The notes under the pieces are model-generated. The model saw only the letters and a list, made by a program, of their open reading frames with translations, was not told the origin of the DNA and searched no databases. Shown here piece after piece: positions 9,787-20,404 of a stretch of DNA of 64,000 nt (the first letter of the stretch is position 1; each line of letters starts with the position of its first letter). Position numbers and translations under genes: made by a program. Source of the stretch: Clostridia bacterium (lineage in GTDB: Bacteria; Bacillota; Clostridia; UBA1212; DUPL01); assembly GCA_050951325.1 (NCBI GenBank), contig JBMNIW010000006.1, positions 81,036 to 145,035 on the forward strand. Reading direction: 5' to 3'.

Positions 9787-10650
9787 TTACTTCAAGCCTT
9801 TAATAACTATCTCGTCTACCGAAGAGTTGCAGTAATGGTTGAAGAACATAAACATCCCGGTATCGGCAATCATGTTCGTCTCTCGCCATATCTCACTGCC
9901 ATCATTGCCAAAAATGACAATTTCATCACCCTCGAAGGTAGCCTTTAGTATCAGATAGTAGTCCTCTTCTTCAGTGTTCATGTAGTAGGCAATAACATCT
10001 CCGCAATCAACCACCGTAACCGTGTGATCCTCTGTAAAATCTTCAGGAAGTTCGATTTCGAAATATCTAAGATTCCAGGCATCTCCTTCATACTGGCCGC
10101 CTCCCCCTGGATAAACAAATGCCTTGTTAGTAAAGTTGAATGCAACCCAGAAATAACCGTTGCTGGTTGCAATGGGTGTGGTAGCATCACCACGGCACCC
10201 AATAAACAAAGATGCCCAGGGATTTGAATCCCCTCCTTCTTCCGCCTTGAATTTAACCGACATCTCATATTGGCTGTGGTCAACTCCCAAGTCATATGTA
10301 ACATCTGGTATGTAAGCGGACCAGTTTTCAGGTATGAGAAGCCTTCCATCTTCAACAATCATGAACTCACCTTGTTTTAACAGATACTGTTCCAAGTTGT
10401 CCTCATCAAAAGTATCCTTGAATAATACTTCTGCGTCTTCCTGTGGCACGCCTTTTTTCTCTTCGGAAATAGGTTCCACCGTAGGTTTGGGTGTAGGGGT
10501 TGGAGTTGGTTCCGGTGTTGGCGCCTTGGTTGCAGTATCGGTAGGTTCCGGTGTTTCTTTCGGACTCTTGTCTTTTACGTCGCATGCTGTAAAAACAAGA
10601 GCCATTACCAACAAAAGCGTTAAAAGAAAAGCAAATAATTTTCGATTCAT
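9787..10650 (-). CDS. Hypothetical lipoprotein with Pro/Thr linker (paralog of 8891-9751)
   Basis: ATG 10650 behind GGAGG; lipobox FTAC; shares segments such as TVTVVDCGDVIAYYMNT with its neighbour. Confidence 0.85.
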   Translation of the reverse strand: MNRKLFAFLLTLLLVMALVFTACDVKDKSPKETPEPTDTATKAPTPEPTPTPTPKPTVEPISEEKKGVPQEDAEVLFKDTFDEDNLEQYLLKQGEFMIVEDGRLLIPENWSAYIPDVTYDLGVDHSQYEMSVKFKAEEGGDSNPWASLFIGCRGDATTPIATSNGYFWVAFNFTNKAFVYPGGGGQYEGDAWNLRYFEIELPEDFTEDHTVTVVDCGDVIAYYMNTEEEDYYLILKATFEGDEIVIFGNDGSEIWRETNMIADTGMFMFFNHYCNSSVDEIVIKGLK

Positions 10651-10750
10651 AACTCGACCTCCGTTTATTCTATATGTGTAAATTATATCTATTTCATGAA
10701 TAAATTGCAACCACATAATTAAACAACAATATATTTCCATATCATCCAAT

Positions 10751-10780
10751 GCATTAATTTCTATTAGATGATAAATACTA
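10751..10780 (+). promoter_or_regulatory. Possible forespore (SigG-type) promoter of sleB
   Basis: GCATTA-17 bp-AATACTA resembles the SigG consensus; sleB is SigG-dependent in B. subtilis. Confidence 0.35.
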
Positions 10781-11553
10781 ACAAAAAAGAAAAAGAGGTG
10801 TTGTCATTGTCCAGGAAAACACTGAAACTACTGAACCTTTTATTCGTTTTGTCGTTTACAATAGGTTTTTTGGGAACAATAATATATTTTAAAAAAGAAG
10901 GCAAAGATATTGCAAACTATGAAACTGTCTTCGACCATGCAAAAAACGAAGAAGATATTGATGTCCTATCAAGAAGAGGTTCAAGAGGACAGGAAGTCAT
11001 ATCTATACAGAGAAAACTTAAGAGATGGGGATATTACAAAGGAAACGTAGATGGAATTTACGGACCCCAGACTGAAAGCGCCGTCCGATATTTTCAAAGA
11101 AAGAACGGCTTGAGAGTAGACGGTATCGCAGGACCACAAACCTTGCGTGCCATGGGAATATTCTCTTCAGCTTCTTCAAATCAAGGTTCATACCAGCAGA
11201 ATGTAGAGCTTCTGGCAAGAGCAATTTACGGAGAAGCACGAGGCGAACCTTATACAGGCAAAGTTGCCGTTGCTGCAGTTATCATCAACAGAACCAAAGA
11301 CAGCCGCTTCCCCAAAACAATAGCAGGCGTCATTTACCAGCCTGGTGCCTTTGACGCTGTAGCAGACGGACAGATAAACCTGCAGCCGGATCAAAGCTCA
11401 TACAATGCAGCAAGAGATGCCTTGAACGGCTGGGACCCCACCTACGGTTGCCTTTACTACTACAATCCTCAAACAGCAACCAACAAGTGGATAAGATCAC
11501 TTCCAATTGTTGTTACCATTGGAAAACACGTTTTCTGCAAGAGCAACACTTAA
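10768..11553 (+). CDS. sleB: Spore cortex-lytic enzyme (PG-binding plus Hydrolase_2 domains); true start probably TTG near 10807
   Basis: DGIYGPQT/DGIAGPQT PG-binding repeats; LLARAIYGEARGEP, VIYQPGAF, YYYNP, IGKHVF. Confidence 0.92.
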   Translation: MINTNKKEKEVLSLSRKTLKLLNLLFVLSFTIGFLGTIIYFKKEGKDIANYETVFDHAKNEEDIDVLSRRGSRGQEVISIQRKLKRWGYYKGNVDGIYGPQTESAVRYFQRKNGLRVDGIAGPQTLRAMGIFSSASSNQGSYQQNVELLARAIYGEARGEPYTGKVAVAAVIINRTKDSRFPKTIAGVIYQPGAFDAVADGQINLQPDQSSYNAARDALNGWDPTYGCLYYYNPQTATNKWIRSLPIVVTIGKHVFCKSNT

Positions 11554-11554
11554 A

Positions 11555-12412
11555 TTATTTCAGTCGTCTTAGAAACTCCCCCGGACAGCTCCATGTGGAC
11601 GTGTGGAGAGCGCCAAATTCATCAAGCCTAATCCACACATTGCCTTCCCTGTCTGTTACCACATAAGTTTCGGAAGCGGGAGTAGTGCTTTCCGCAATTA
11701 ACAAGAGCTTTTCCCCCGTTTCTTTATTGACGCACATGTCCACCACGATGACTGCATGCCCAAGACTTTTATTCATCTGGGATGCAGTCATTACAAATAT
11801 ATCGCCAATACGAATATCCTCATAAGAAACTGGTTCCGCCTGCTTTTGAAGCGATGTGGTGTTTGCGTAGTTATGCACCAAATCCATGTAACGCCTGAAG
11901 GTTTCATAGGAATAGTCTTCTTCAGCATCCTTGTACCAGTAGCATATCTTGTCATCCACATGCAGCCTGTTGCCTTCTGCATAGCTTACATAATCGCACT
12001 CAAAGCCGTTGACAAAATTGAATTTTATCCTGTCATACTCTCCCCTGTAGTACAAGTATTCCGCCCAAAGACGCATCACGGCATCCGCACACTGCTCCAG
12101 ATTTTTAGGAGTTATCTCATTGTCAAAAACACCATATACAGGTGCATTCCTGTTTATTTTCCCATTGTAGTGATATGCCTTACTTCCATATTTCTTCAAA
12201 GGTAAATTCTGAAGGTAATATTCAAAAGAGCCTTCCTCGGTCTTAACCCTTTCATACCCTTCAGGCACCTTGAACCTGGTACTTATCGTATTACCGGATT
12301 TGTTTATGTACTTCTCCTGCTTTGGAGCATGAAATTTGACAAAGATAAAGAATAAAAAAACTGCCGCAGCACATAAGGCTGCAGCAATTACAAATCTTCT
12401 CTTGCGACTCAT
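11555..12412 (-). CDS. DUF4846-like membrane-anchored protein
   Basis: RFKVPEGYER, LEQCADAVMRLWAEYL, GHAVIVVD; N-terminal TM; ATGA overlap with the upstream paralog. Confidence 0.8.
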   Translation of the reverse strand: MSRKRRFVIAAALCAAAVFLFFIFVKFHAPKQEKYINKSGNTISTRFKVPEGYERVKTEEGSFEYYLQNLPLKKYGSKAYHYNGKINRNAPVYGVFDNEITPKNLEQCADAVMRLWAEYLYYRGEYDRIKFNFVNGFECDYVSYAEGNRLHVDDKICYWYKDAEEDYSYETFRRYMDLVHNYANTTSLQKQAEPVSYEDIRIGDIFVMTASQMNKSLGHAVIVVDMCVNKETGEKLLLIAESTTPASETYVVTDREGNVWIRLDEFGALHTSTWSCPGEFLRRLK

Positions 12413-13392
12413 CCAAACCTCCTGATAAACTGGGCAGGACATACCCACTCATTCTTAACAAACTCAAAATTATTGTTTAGTTTGTGCCATGCACCCATCA
12501 TTTCGTCATCATTAAGAACAATATACGTCTCGGTTGCAGGCATGTTTCCTTCGGCCACAAGAAATATCTTCTCTCCGGTTTCCTTGTGGACCGCCATGTC
12601 GACAATAATTGCTGCGTGCCCATAGTCATTGCTCATCTGCTGCGCTGTCATGATAAACACATCTCCGATGGAAAGCTGGTTGACCTGAACGGGAGTCATT
12701 TGCATTTGCAGTGAAGTTGTGTTTGCATACGCATGCACCATATCAAGATATTTTCTGAAAGTCTCGTAACTGTAATCTTCGCCAGCATCGGTTTCAACCC
12801 ATGAAACTTCGTTTCCATCAATTTTCACACGCTTGCCGCTAGCCCAGGATACGTAGTCGCATTCAAAACCGCTTAGGAAGTTAAACGATATTCTGCCGTA
12901 CTCCTCACGTTCATAAAGGTATTCAGCCCATAGCCTCATTATGGCATCAGCGCACTGCTGCAGATCCCTTGGAGTAATATCCTGGTTGAATACGCCTTGA
13001 ATGCTTGCCTCTTCATTTATAATTCCCTCATACGTATATGCAGGCACGCCATAGTTCTTAAGAGGATGATTTCTTAAAAATTCAGCAAAACTGCCTGGCT
13101 CTACAGGAACTCTTTCATATCCCTCAGGAACAGGAAACCTCTCCTTAATGGTGTTTCCTTCCTTGTTTACAGGATATGGAGTTGGTGCAGGTTCCTCCGT
13201 GGCAGTGGGCTCCGGAGTTTCTGTAACACCTGGAGTTTCACTTGGGTTTTTCCTGGCAAGCCAGGGTACATTGTCCCCGAAATAGTAAAGATAGACTAAA
13301 AATCCAATTATGATAATAAGTATGGCGATTACCACTAGCATGATAATGCTTCTTGCATCGAGACCATCTTTTTTCATCATGTTAAATGACAT
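12409..13392 (-). CDS. DUF4846-like membrane-anchored protein with PT linker
   Basis: RFPVPEGYER, LQQCADAIMRLWAEYL, GHAAIIVD. Confidence 0.8.
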   Translation of the reverse strand: MSFNMMKKDGLDARSIIMLVVIAILIIIIGFLVYLYYFGDNVPWLARKNPSETPGVTETPEPTATEEPAPTPYPVNKEGNTIKERFPVPEGYERVPVEPGSFAEFLRNHPLKNYGVPAYTYEGIINEEASIQGVFNQDITPRDLQQCADAIMRLWAEYLYEREEYGRISFNFLSGFECDYVSWASGKRVKIDGNEVSWVETDAGEDYSYETFRKYLDMVHAYANTTSLQMQMTPVQVNQLSIGDVFIMTAQQMSNDYGHAAIIVDMAVHKETGEKIFLVAEGNMPATETYIVLNDDEMMGAWHKLNNNFEFVKNEWVCPAQFIRRFG

Positions 13393-14341
13393 CCCCTTCC
13401 GCTTCTTTTGTAGTTTCTTTGGATTTGTCTGCGCTTTCGTTATCTATGAGATACTTTTTAATAGTATTATTAACGTAAAAGTTGTTTAAGAACCCAATAA
13501 ATGCAGGAGTGATAAATATATACAAAACCGTGGGTATTACCAAGGTAGAATTGCCAAACATAAACAGGAACGGCAGAGCAATCAATACCGCATTCAATAT
13601 GAGTATCAAAAGGTTAGGTATCCACCTTATCAATGACAGTATAATTGCATTCTTGTAAAGCTGTTTGTACGTGACATTGAAGGTAACCATGATGGGGTAT
13701 GCATATAAATTTACCATCATAAGAAGAAGCGACAAAAACAGGATAACTGCAATTGCAATAAACAGTATGAAGGAAGGTACATTGGAAAACTGTCCCTGAC
13801 TGTTGTTGCTGATTGCCATGTAAGCTGCCGCATCCACCATAAGGAAAAAACCTGCCACAAAGTTTGTCAGCCCCACTTTCAATCCTAGTTTGAAATTGCT
13901 TCTTGCCTTTGTTTTGAAATCATGCCACAGAAATACAGGATTCTCCGTGACAATACTTCTGAGCAGGTATGTAAATCCTGCGTAGAAAGGACCAACTGCA
14001 AAAATCGGAACAACAGTGGTTATGATTGCTGTAAATGCTATTACAATAATTATTGTCTGCCTTGCCATTTCCGTTGCGGATTCCCTGTTCTGAAGGAACT
14101 GTGAAATGGCATTGTCCGAACCTTCAAGCGTCACAAACAAAGATGCCGCAACCAGGAATACCAATGTTGCAACAAAAAGAGAAATTATTGCGCTGGGCAA
14201 ATACAAAAAATTCGCACCGATTAACCTATATCTTTTTTCCCAGAATCTGCTCCAAAACCTAAAAAATGCTCTTTTCTGAGGAGCGTCCTTTTCTATACCT
14301 TTTCCGTCTTTTGTAAAATCTAAAAATTTGAACAATTTCAA
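13382..14341 (-). CDS. YesL/DUF624-like integral membrane protein
   Basis: Multiple TM helices; GP..AG..Y, DF..NFK and YP.MVTF..LYKNA motifs; TTG 14341 behind GGAG. Confidence 0.7.
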   Translation of the reverse strand: MKLFKFLDFTKDGKGIEKDAPQKRAFFRFWSRFWEKRYRLIGANFLYLPSAIISLFVATLVFLVAASLFVTLEGSDNAISQFLQNRESATEMARQTIIIVIAFTAIITTVVPIFAVGPFYAGFTYLLRSIVTENPVFLWHDFKTKARSNFKLGLKVGLTNFVAGFFLMVDAAAYMAISNNSQGQFSNVPSFILFIAIAVILFLSLLLMMVNLYAYPIMVTFNVTYKQLYKNAIILSLIRWIPNLLILILNAVLIALPFLFMFGNSTLVIPTVLYIFITPAFIGFLNNFYVNNTIKKYLIDNESADKSKETTKEAEGDVI

Positions 14342-14506
14342 TATTAACACTCCAAATAATACTTGTCTTGCGCACAATTAATTATACCATACGTTTGACT
14401 TTATCCACAACACAAAAAATGGTTCTTTTCAAGAACGTTTTTGCTTTGTACAAAAGTATGCATTATGGTAACATATATTGTACAAGTTATTAAAGGAGTT
14501 GGAAAC

Positions 14507-16237
14507 ATGCCCTATGATGGGATAGTCGCAAACGCAGCAGTATGGGAATTGTCAGGACTGCTGGCAGGAGGAAGAATAGAAAAAGTTTACCAAACGGAGA
14601 GAGATGAAATAACTTTACTCATACATTCCATGGGGGAAAGATTCAGGCTGCTTGCCAGCGCAAACGCCACCTACCCCAGACTTCATCTTACAATCGGGAA
14701 GAAAGAAAATCCTATGAATCCACCACCTTTCTGCATGGTGCTGAGAAAGCATCTTCAGGGCGGAAGAGTTGTGGACATAACCCAGTCAGGATACGATAGA
14801 ATCATAACTCTTACCATTGTAAAAACGGATGAAATGGGCGATCTTGTAAAGAAGCACCTGGTTGTTGAAATAATGGGAAGGCACAGCAATATAATTCTCG
14901 TAAACGATTCCAAAACAATCATAGACTCAATAAAGCATGTAGACGCAAATATTAGCAGTGTAAGGGAAGTCCTTCCGCTGCGTCCTTATGTTCTGCCTCC
15001 GCAGATGGAAAAGCAAAGCCCGGAATTCATAGATTTTGAAAAACTTTTCAACGAAAAGCCAGCACAAAGATTGGACAAGCATCTTGTAAACTGCATATGG
15101 GGGTTCAGTCCTTTCCTGGCCATGGCAATTTGCAACAATGCGGAGGTGGATCCTTTTAAAAACATTTCACATCTAACAGATTGTGATAAACTTAGACTGA
15201 AAGAAACGATAACGGAAACAACGAATAACATAAAAGAAAGGAAATACTCTCCTGCAATAATCCATGGAGACAAGGTGGATTTCCATGTTCTTTCTGTTGC
15301 TCATGGAGAAAGAACAGTCTTGTTCAGCACTGTGAATCTAATGCTGGATGAGTACTATACAAAGAAGGACATAGATGAAAAACTTAACGCGATCAGAGCA
15401 AATATTCTAAAAAGCGTCAATACGGCAATTGATAGAAACACGAAAAAACTTGCTATACATGAAGAAACCATAAGAGAAGCAGCCGATTATGACAAGTATA
15501 GAATATACGGAGAGCTTCTATTTTCAAATATATACAACCTTAAGGAAGGTAAATATGCGGAAGTTTTAAACTACTACGAAGACCCGCCAATCCATGTAAA
15601 GATAGAGTTGGACGAGGAAAGAAGTATAAAAAACAATGCAAACAGGTATTTTAACAGGTACAAAAAGCTAAAGAGCTCGTATGAGAACGCATTAAACCTC
15701 CTTGAAGAGGTAAAGAACGAACTCTTTTACCTTGAGAATGTTAAAACCCATCTTGAGAATGCTACCGATTTTGAAACTTTGGAAGACATAAGACAGGAGC
15801 TATATGAAGGCGGATATGTAAAATTCCAAACTAAAAGCAGAACAGCAAAGAAGTTAGAAACAAAATCAAAACCCATTCATGTTGTTTCAGAAGAAGGTTA
15901 CGACATATATATTGGCAGAAACAACAAGCAAAACGAAGAGCTTTCGCTCAGGTTTGCCTCCCAGAACGACTTGTGGCTGCACGTAAAAGATGCTCCTGGT
16001 TCCCACGTTATAGTGAGAACAGGAGCAAAGAATGGTGTTGTTACTCAAAAAGTTATTGAGGAAGCTGCAGCGTATGCCGCCTTTTACAGCAGTCATCGTA
16101 CCTCAACCAATGTTATCGTCGACTTCACACGAGTCAAACATGTGCGAAAAATACCAAAATCAAAACCCGGCATGGTAAGCTACACAAACCACAAAAGCAT
16201 TGTGGTTAAGCCCCAGGAAGCTAGTTCTCAATCTTGA
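14507..16237 (+). CDS. rqcH: Ribosome quality-control factor RqcH (NFACT/FbpA family)
   Basis: MPYDG, PPPFCMVLRKHL, EIMGRHSNIIL, GRNNKQNE, WLHVKDAPGSHV. Confidence 0.93.
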   Translation: MPYDGIVANAAVWELSGLLAGGRIEKVYQTERDEITLLIHSMGERFRLLASANATYPRLHLTIGKKENPMNPPPFCMVLRKHLQGGRVVDITQSGYDRIITLTIVKTDEMGDLVKKHLVVEIMGRHSNIILVNDSKTIIDSIKHVDANISSVREVLPLRPYVLPPQMEKQSPEFIDFEKLFNEKPAQRLDKHLVNCIWGFSPFLAMAICNNAEVDPFKNISHLTDCDKLRLKETITETTNNIKERKYSPAIIHGDKVDFHVLSVAHGERTVLFSTVNLMLDEYYTKKDIDEKLNAIRANILKSVNTAIDRNTKKLAIHEETIREAADYDKYRIYGELLFSNIYNLKEGKYAEVLNYYEDPPIHVKIELDEERSIKNNANRYFNRYKKLKSSYENALNLLEEVKNELFYLENVKTHLENATDFETLEDIRQELYEGGYVKFQTKSRTAKKLETKSKPIHVVSEEGYDIYIGRNNKQNEELSLRFASQNDLWLHVKDAPGSHVIVRTGAKNGVVTQKVIEEAAAYAAFYSSHRTSTNVIVDFTRVKHVRKIPKSKPGMVSYTNHKSIVVKPQEASSQS

Positions 16238-19145
16238 AAACTCTTTCAGTGGACGGACTTTCCATCTCGAACACAAACGAGAAGCTGTAGGTTCCGTCCA
16301 TGTTAAAGTGGACTGAATATCCGTCATACTCATGAACCGAGTATTCATAGGGCACATATTCTCCATCCACAAGCTCGTATATGTTCGGCTTCTTTATGTT
16401 TGTAAAGCCGTCCACGCACACTACATTGTTGTTCCTTCCACCGGTTATTCTGAACTCAGCCCTGTTGTTCTCGCACTTTATCCTTGGTATGTAGGCATCC
16501 TTCACGACGGTGCCTGTAATAGCCTCTATCTTCAAAGGATTAAGTGCCGAGTCCTCTCTTACCATCCTTACATTGTCATCATGCTTGTCGTTGTGTGAAC
16601 CATATGGAAGCAGAATGAAATCCATCTGAATCTTGTCACCCTTCTTGAAGGTAGTCTTGCCCAGATCCAGAGAAATCGCTCCCGTGTTCAGGTTGCCATC
16701 AAAAGAATCCCTGTATGCAAAGTTGCCCTTGAACTTCTTTCCACCTATTGTAATGTTGCTGCTTTTCAGTATGAATCCGAAGTTCATGACATTCTCGCCA
16801 TTATGCAGGTCAAAATACGAAAAGTATGGATTCTCTGTTCCCAGTGTGAAAATCCTTGAACCCGGCGCCAGAGTATCAACTCTTTCCACCTTTGGATTAT
16901 TGTCTTTGTCAAGATAGCCGGTCTGCTTGAAATATGTAAATCTGCCATCAAAGGCAAAAATGGTAAAGTCCTCCCTCACATTGTCAATGGTCAGATTCTT
17001 CAAGAACTCCAGCGACAGAGAGTAGTACGTTCTGTTTTCATCCAATTGAGGGAATTCCACATGTCTTAATGTGTATTTATATGAACCGCAGTCGGAAACA
17101 TAGCTGTAGTCCATGTCTACATAAGTCTGCCCTGCACAGCGAATATGGCTTCCGGTATACTCGCTGCCAATATTTCTGTCTTTTTGATAAGATAAAAAGT
17201 ACAACCTGCCCACAGAGTTGAACTGTGGCTGGCTATCCCACATTATTCCGCTAGCTCCTCTGAAGTCAGGCAGAGTCCAGCCGTCCTTGCCGTATACAAA
17301 ATATGGAGCTATGCAGTTTGATTCCGTGACACCCGTTGAGAGGTGGTAATAAGAGATGTGGAACTGGATGGAGGACAATTGTTTCAAAGGATAGTTGCCC
17401 CAATTCTGATAGAGATTCAAAAGGGTAAACTCCGCTTCCTCGTTTGCATTAAGTCTCAACGGGAAAAATGTGTCACCGTATGCAGGATCAATTGGGTCGT
17501 AAAACGGCTCCTCAATCTCGCCTTTGAAGTTTTTGCAAACCTGCATTGGAATCGGTATAAGGGTTTTTGTATCATCCAAAAGACCTGCGCATTCAAGACC
17601 GCCTGCATCCGTGTTCATCCAGATGTAGAAGTCCCTGTCATTGCCGTCTGATTTAATCTTTATGGTCGCAGTATAATGTGTGTCAGGTTCTCTGTAATAT
17701 GCCTTATTGAAATTGGAACCATCCATGGTGAACCTGTATGCTCCTCTTAAATGATCATAATGAGCGAATCTTGCATTGGCGTTCGAATCCAGAACATTAA
17801 TATCATTAAGAGGATTTCTTTCCAGGTTTGCTGCTTTATCAATCCCGTCAAAAGAATGGGAAGTGTCGGTGTATAGTCTGTTTCCAAAGGATTCTTCATC
17901 CATTCTCTTGAATGAGTTCTTGGTTAGGTTGGCGTATTGCCTAAGCACATACTTCGAACCTTCTTCCGTCACAACAACTGACTTGGTGCTGCCGTCTGAC
18001 GGAACTATGAATCCAATAACACCCACCTTTTTGATATCAAACGCCACGTATTCCACAGACTCACTGTCCATTTTGGAAATGTCGCTACCCACACCGTTTT
18101 TGTCCCTGAACTGGATTTTGGCCACATTCTTTTTATCAAACGCCGCTTCAAATCCAACATTTTGAATATTGGAAGCTTCGCTTGTTGCAATTACCCTGAA
18201 CTCCTGATGGAGTTTGTCCGGATATGTATGAAAGGTTTTGTCCAGTTTAAAAGGCACAACTCTTGTTGATGTCTGAATCGCTTTTACATATTCTATTGTA
18301 ATTACATCGCCAACAGCGCTTCCTATGTCAAAACGTATTCCCTTCAAAGGAGCGTTGTATTCTCCTGCTCCCGCCAAATCCAAAACGTATGTATGGAACT
18401 TGCCATCATTTTTTACCTGAAAAGAGAGGCGCTGTTCCGCATTGAAATTGCCCTTGTCAGCAGTGAAGTAGTAAACTTCCGCAACTTGAGCCGCTCCATC
18501 AACCTTCATCTTCACTTCTATACCGTTATACTTTGTATTGTCAATATTCAGACCTGACCTGGATACATACGGATCATGAGTATTTGTTACCTTTAAAATT
18601 ACACCATTGTTGTAGACAGGACTCTCCATTTGATGTACTTTCCAATCTTTTGAATCAAGTCCCGTTATATCCACCTTATTGCCTACCAGTTCACCCTCGT
18701 CTGTTGAAAACCCCAGTTCCCTGATATGGCTCTCGTAGTAATAGAAGCCTAATCTGGTAGTGTTCATTCTTCCTGATGAAGGAGACTTGCTTGCATAATA
18801 TCTTCGCCCTTCATTGTTTTCAATAAAGACGTCCAATGAATTTTCAATATAAGTTTTACCTTTTAACGTTTGAAGTTTTGAAACGTTCTTTTCTCCTGCA
18901 AAACCCAGCTCATGTACCAGTTTCATCTGCGTGTTGGCAATGGTATAACTGTCCCTGTCAGGAGTTGTGTAGTATGCCTGGACCGTGTTTGCAATCGTAT
19001 TTGCGTAGACCATCGATTTTGACAATCTTGTATCGTTGCTGGTGTCCCTTGGCTTGGGTTTAGGTTCCTCTGTTGTACAGCCTACAACTGTAGCAAATAT
19101 TGAAATACTTAGCAGAATGCTGAAGATGCGTTTGATTATTACCAT
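16221..19145 (-). CDS. Large hypothetical lipoprotein with an internal CBM-like beta-sandwich
   Basis: 974 aa; lipobox VVGC; module DPY...IRFDI; 3' end overlaps rqcH by 17 bp. Confidence 0.8.
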   Translation of the reverse strand: MVIIKRIFSILLSISIFATVVGCTTEEPKPKPRDTSNDTRLSKSMVYANTIANTVQAYYTTPDRDSYTIANTQMKLVHELGFAGEKNVSKLQTLKGKTYIENSLDVFIENNEGRRYYASKSPSSGRMNTTRLGFYYYESHIRELGFSTDEGELVGNKVDITGLDSKDWKVHQMESPVYNNGVILKVTNTHDPYVSRSGLNIDNTKYNGIEVKMKVDGAAQVAEVYYFTADKGNFNAEQRLSFQVKNDGKFHTYVLDLAGAGEYNAPLKGIRFDIGSAVGDVITIEYVKAIQTSTRVVPFKLDKTFHTYPDKLHQEFRVIATSEASNIQNVGFEAAFDKKNVAKIQFRDKNGVGSDISKMDSESVEYVAFDIKKVGVIGFIVPSDGSTKSVVVTEEGSKYVLRQYANLTKNSFKRMDEESFGNRLYTDTSHSFDGIDKAANLERNPLNDINVLDSNANARFAHYDHLRGAYRFTMDGSNFNKAYYREPDTHYTATIKIKSDGNDRDFYIWMNTDAGGLECAGLLDDTKTLIPIPMQVCKNFKGEIEEPFYDPIDPAYGDTFFPLRLNANEEAEFTLLNLYQNWGNYPLKQLSSIQFHISYYHLSTGVTESNCIAPYFVYGKDGWTLPDFRGASGIMWDSQPQFNSVGRLYFLSYQKDRNIGSEYTGSHIRCAGQTYVDMDYSYVSDCGSYKYTLRHVEFPQLDENRTYYSLSLEFLKNLTIDNVREDFTIFAFDGRFTYFKQTGYLDKDNNPKVERVDTLAPGSRIFTLGTENPYFSYFDLHNGENVMNFGFILKSSNITIGGKKFKGNFAYRDSFDGNLNTGAISLDLGKTTFKKGDKIQMDFILLPYGSHNDKHDDNVRMVREDSALNPLKIEAITGTVVKDAYIPRIKCENNRAEFRITGGRNNNVVCVDGFTNIKKPNIYELVDGEYVPYEYSVHEYDGYSVHFNMDGTYSFSFVFEMESPSTERVFKIEN

Positions 19146-19239
19146 AAAAAAACCCCCAGTTCCATACTCATTAATTTAAAGGTATTGTAACATATTAACA
19201 AACATGGAACAAGGAGCGCAAAATATATTAAGAGATCAA

Positions 19240-20403
19240 TTATCTGTATTTTTTCATAAGTTCCTTGAAGGCTTTTCTGGAATTAACTATAGTATCCATG
19301 CTTATGCAATATGAAAGCCTTAGATAGCCTGGGTACCCAAAACCTGTACCTCCCACCAGCACAATGTTGTACTTAAGAGCTTCTTTTGCAAACTCACTGT
19401 CATCGGGAATCGGGGATTTGGGGAACATATAGAAGGCGCCTTCTGGTTTTCTGCATTCAAAACCCGCATCGACAAGAACATCGTAAAGCGCATCCCTCTT
19501 TGCCTTGTATTCTTCAAGACCTACCACCTCGTCCAGATGTTCGGCTATCACTCTCTGCATCAATGATGGAGCATTTACAAAACCTAGAGTTCTGTTGGCA
19601 AAAATCATTGCCTGAAGCAAGAGGTTTACATCTTCACAATTTGGACTCACTATACAAAATCCTATTCTTTCTCCTGGAAGAGCCAAGGATTTACTGAATG
19701 AATTTATGACTATGGAGTTTTTAAAAATCTTAAGTATTGCAGGAACGCAAACCCCGTCATATACAATCTTCGCATAAGGCTCGTCCGATATTACATAGAC
19801 AGCATGTCCGACACCATCCAAAACATTACTCAAGTCATTTAATGTTTTCTCATCGTAAACCGTACCTGTCGGATTGTTTGGAGAATTCAGTATTATTGCC
19901 TTTGTTTTATCTGTTATTGCATTCTTTATAGCTTCTACATCCAAATTGAAGGAGCCTGCTTGTGCAGGAACAGGCACAACAACACCGCCGTGATTCTCGG
20001 TATAGAATTTATATTCAGAAAAATATGGGGCAATTACAATTACTTCATCGCCCGGATTAAGTATTGACTTTAAAACCACATTCAAGCCACCTGCAGCACC
20101 ATTAACCATGACAACATGATTTGCCGTCACCTCAACCTGACTTTCGTTTGATGCGTGTTCAGCCACCTTTTCCCTTACATCCTGGAAACCTGCATTGGAC
20201 ATGTACTTATGGATTCCCGGTACCCTGACTAGACTCTCCATAGTGGCAAGAATGCCTTCAGAGGGTTCGGGATCAGGGTTTCCCAAAGAGAAGTCAAACA
20301 CATTTTCTTCTCCAAACTGTTTCTTAAGCTGCATGCCCTGCTCAAACATAGCCCTAATCCATGAGCTTTTTTGCAGGTTATCTTCCACCTTTTTGGATAT
20401 CAT
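19240..20403 (-). CDS. PLP-dependent class I/II aminotransferase (aspartate aminotransferase-like)
   Basis: DFSLGNP, NSPNNPTG, SDEPY, SFSKSLALPGERIG. Confidence 0.92.
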   Translation of the reverse strand: MISKKVEDNLQKSSWIRAMFEQGMQLKKQFGEENVFDFSLGNPDPEPSEGILATMESLVRVPGIHKYMSNAGFQDVREKVAEHASNESQVEVTANHVVMVNGAAGGLNVVLKSILNPGDEVIVIAPYFSEYKFYTENHGGVVVPVPAQAGSFNLDVEAIKNAITDKTKAIILNSPNNPTGTVYDEKTLNDLSNVLDGVGHAVYVISDEPYAKIVYDGVCVPAILKIFKNSIVINSFSKSLALPGERIGFCIVSPNCEDVNLLLQAMIFANRTLGFVNAPSLMQRVIAEHLDEVVGLEEYKAKRDALYDVLVDAGFECRKPEGAFYMFPKSPIPDDSEFAKEALKYNIVLVGGTGFGYPGYLRLSYCISMDTIVNSRKAFKELMKKYR

Positions 20404-20404
20404 T

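Noticed and set aside
9128-10681. Antisense ORFs rich in GVGVGSG (also at 22302, 37073, 38587, 40121 and 45504)
   Set aside because: They are reverse-strand shadows of Pro/Thr linker codons in real genes.
14507-16237. Fibronectin-binding adhesin
   Set aside because: That is a legacy name for the family; with no signal peptide, this is the cytoplasmic RqcH.
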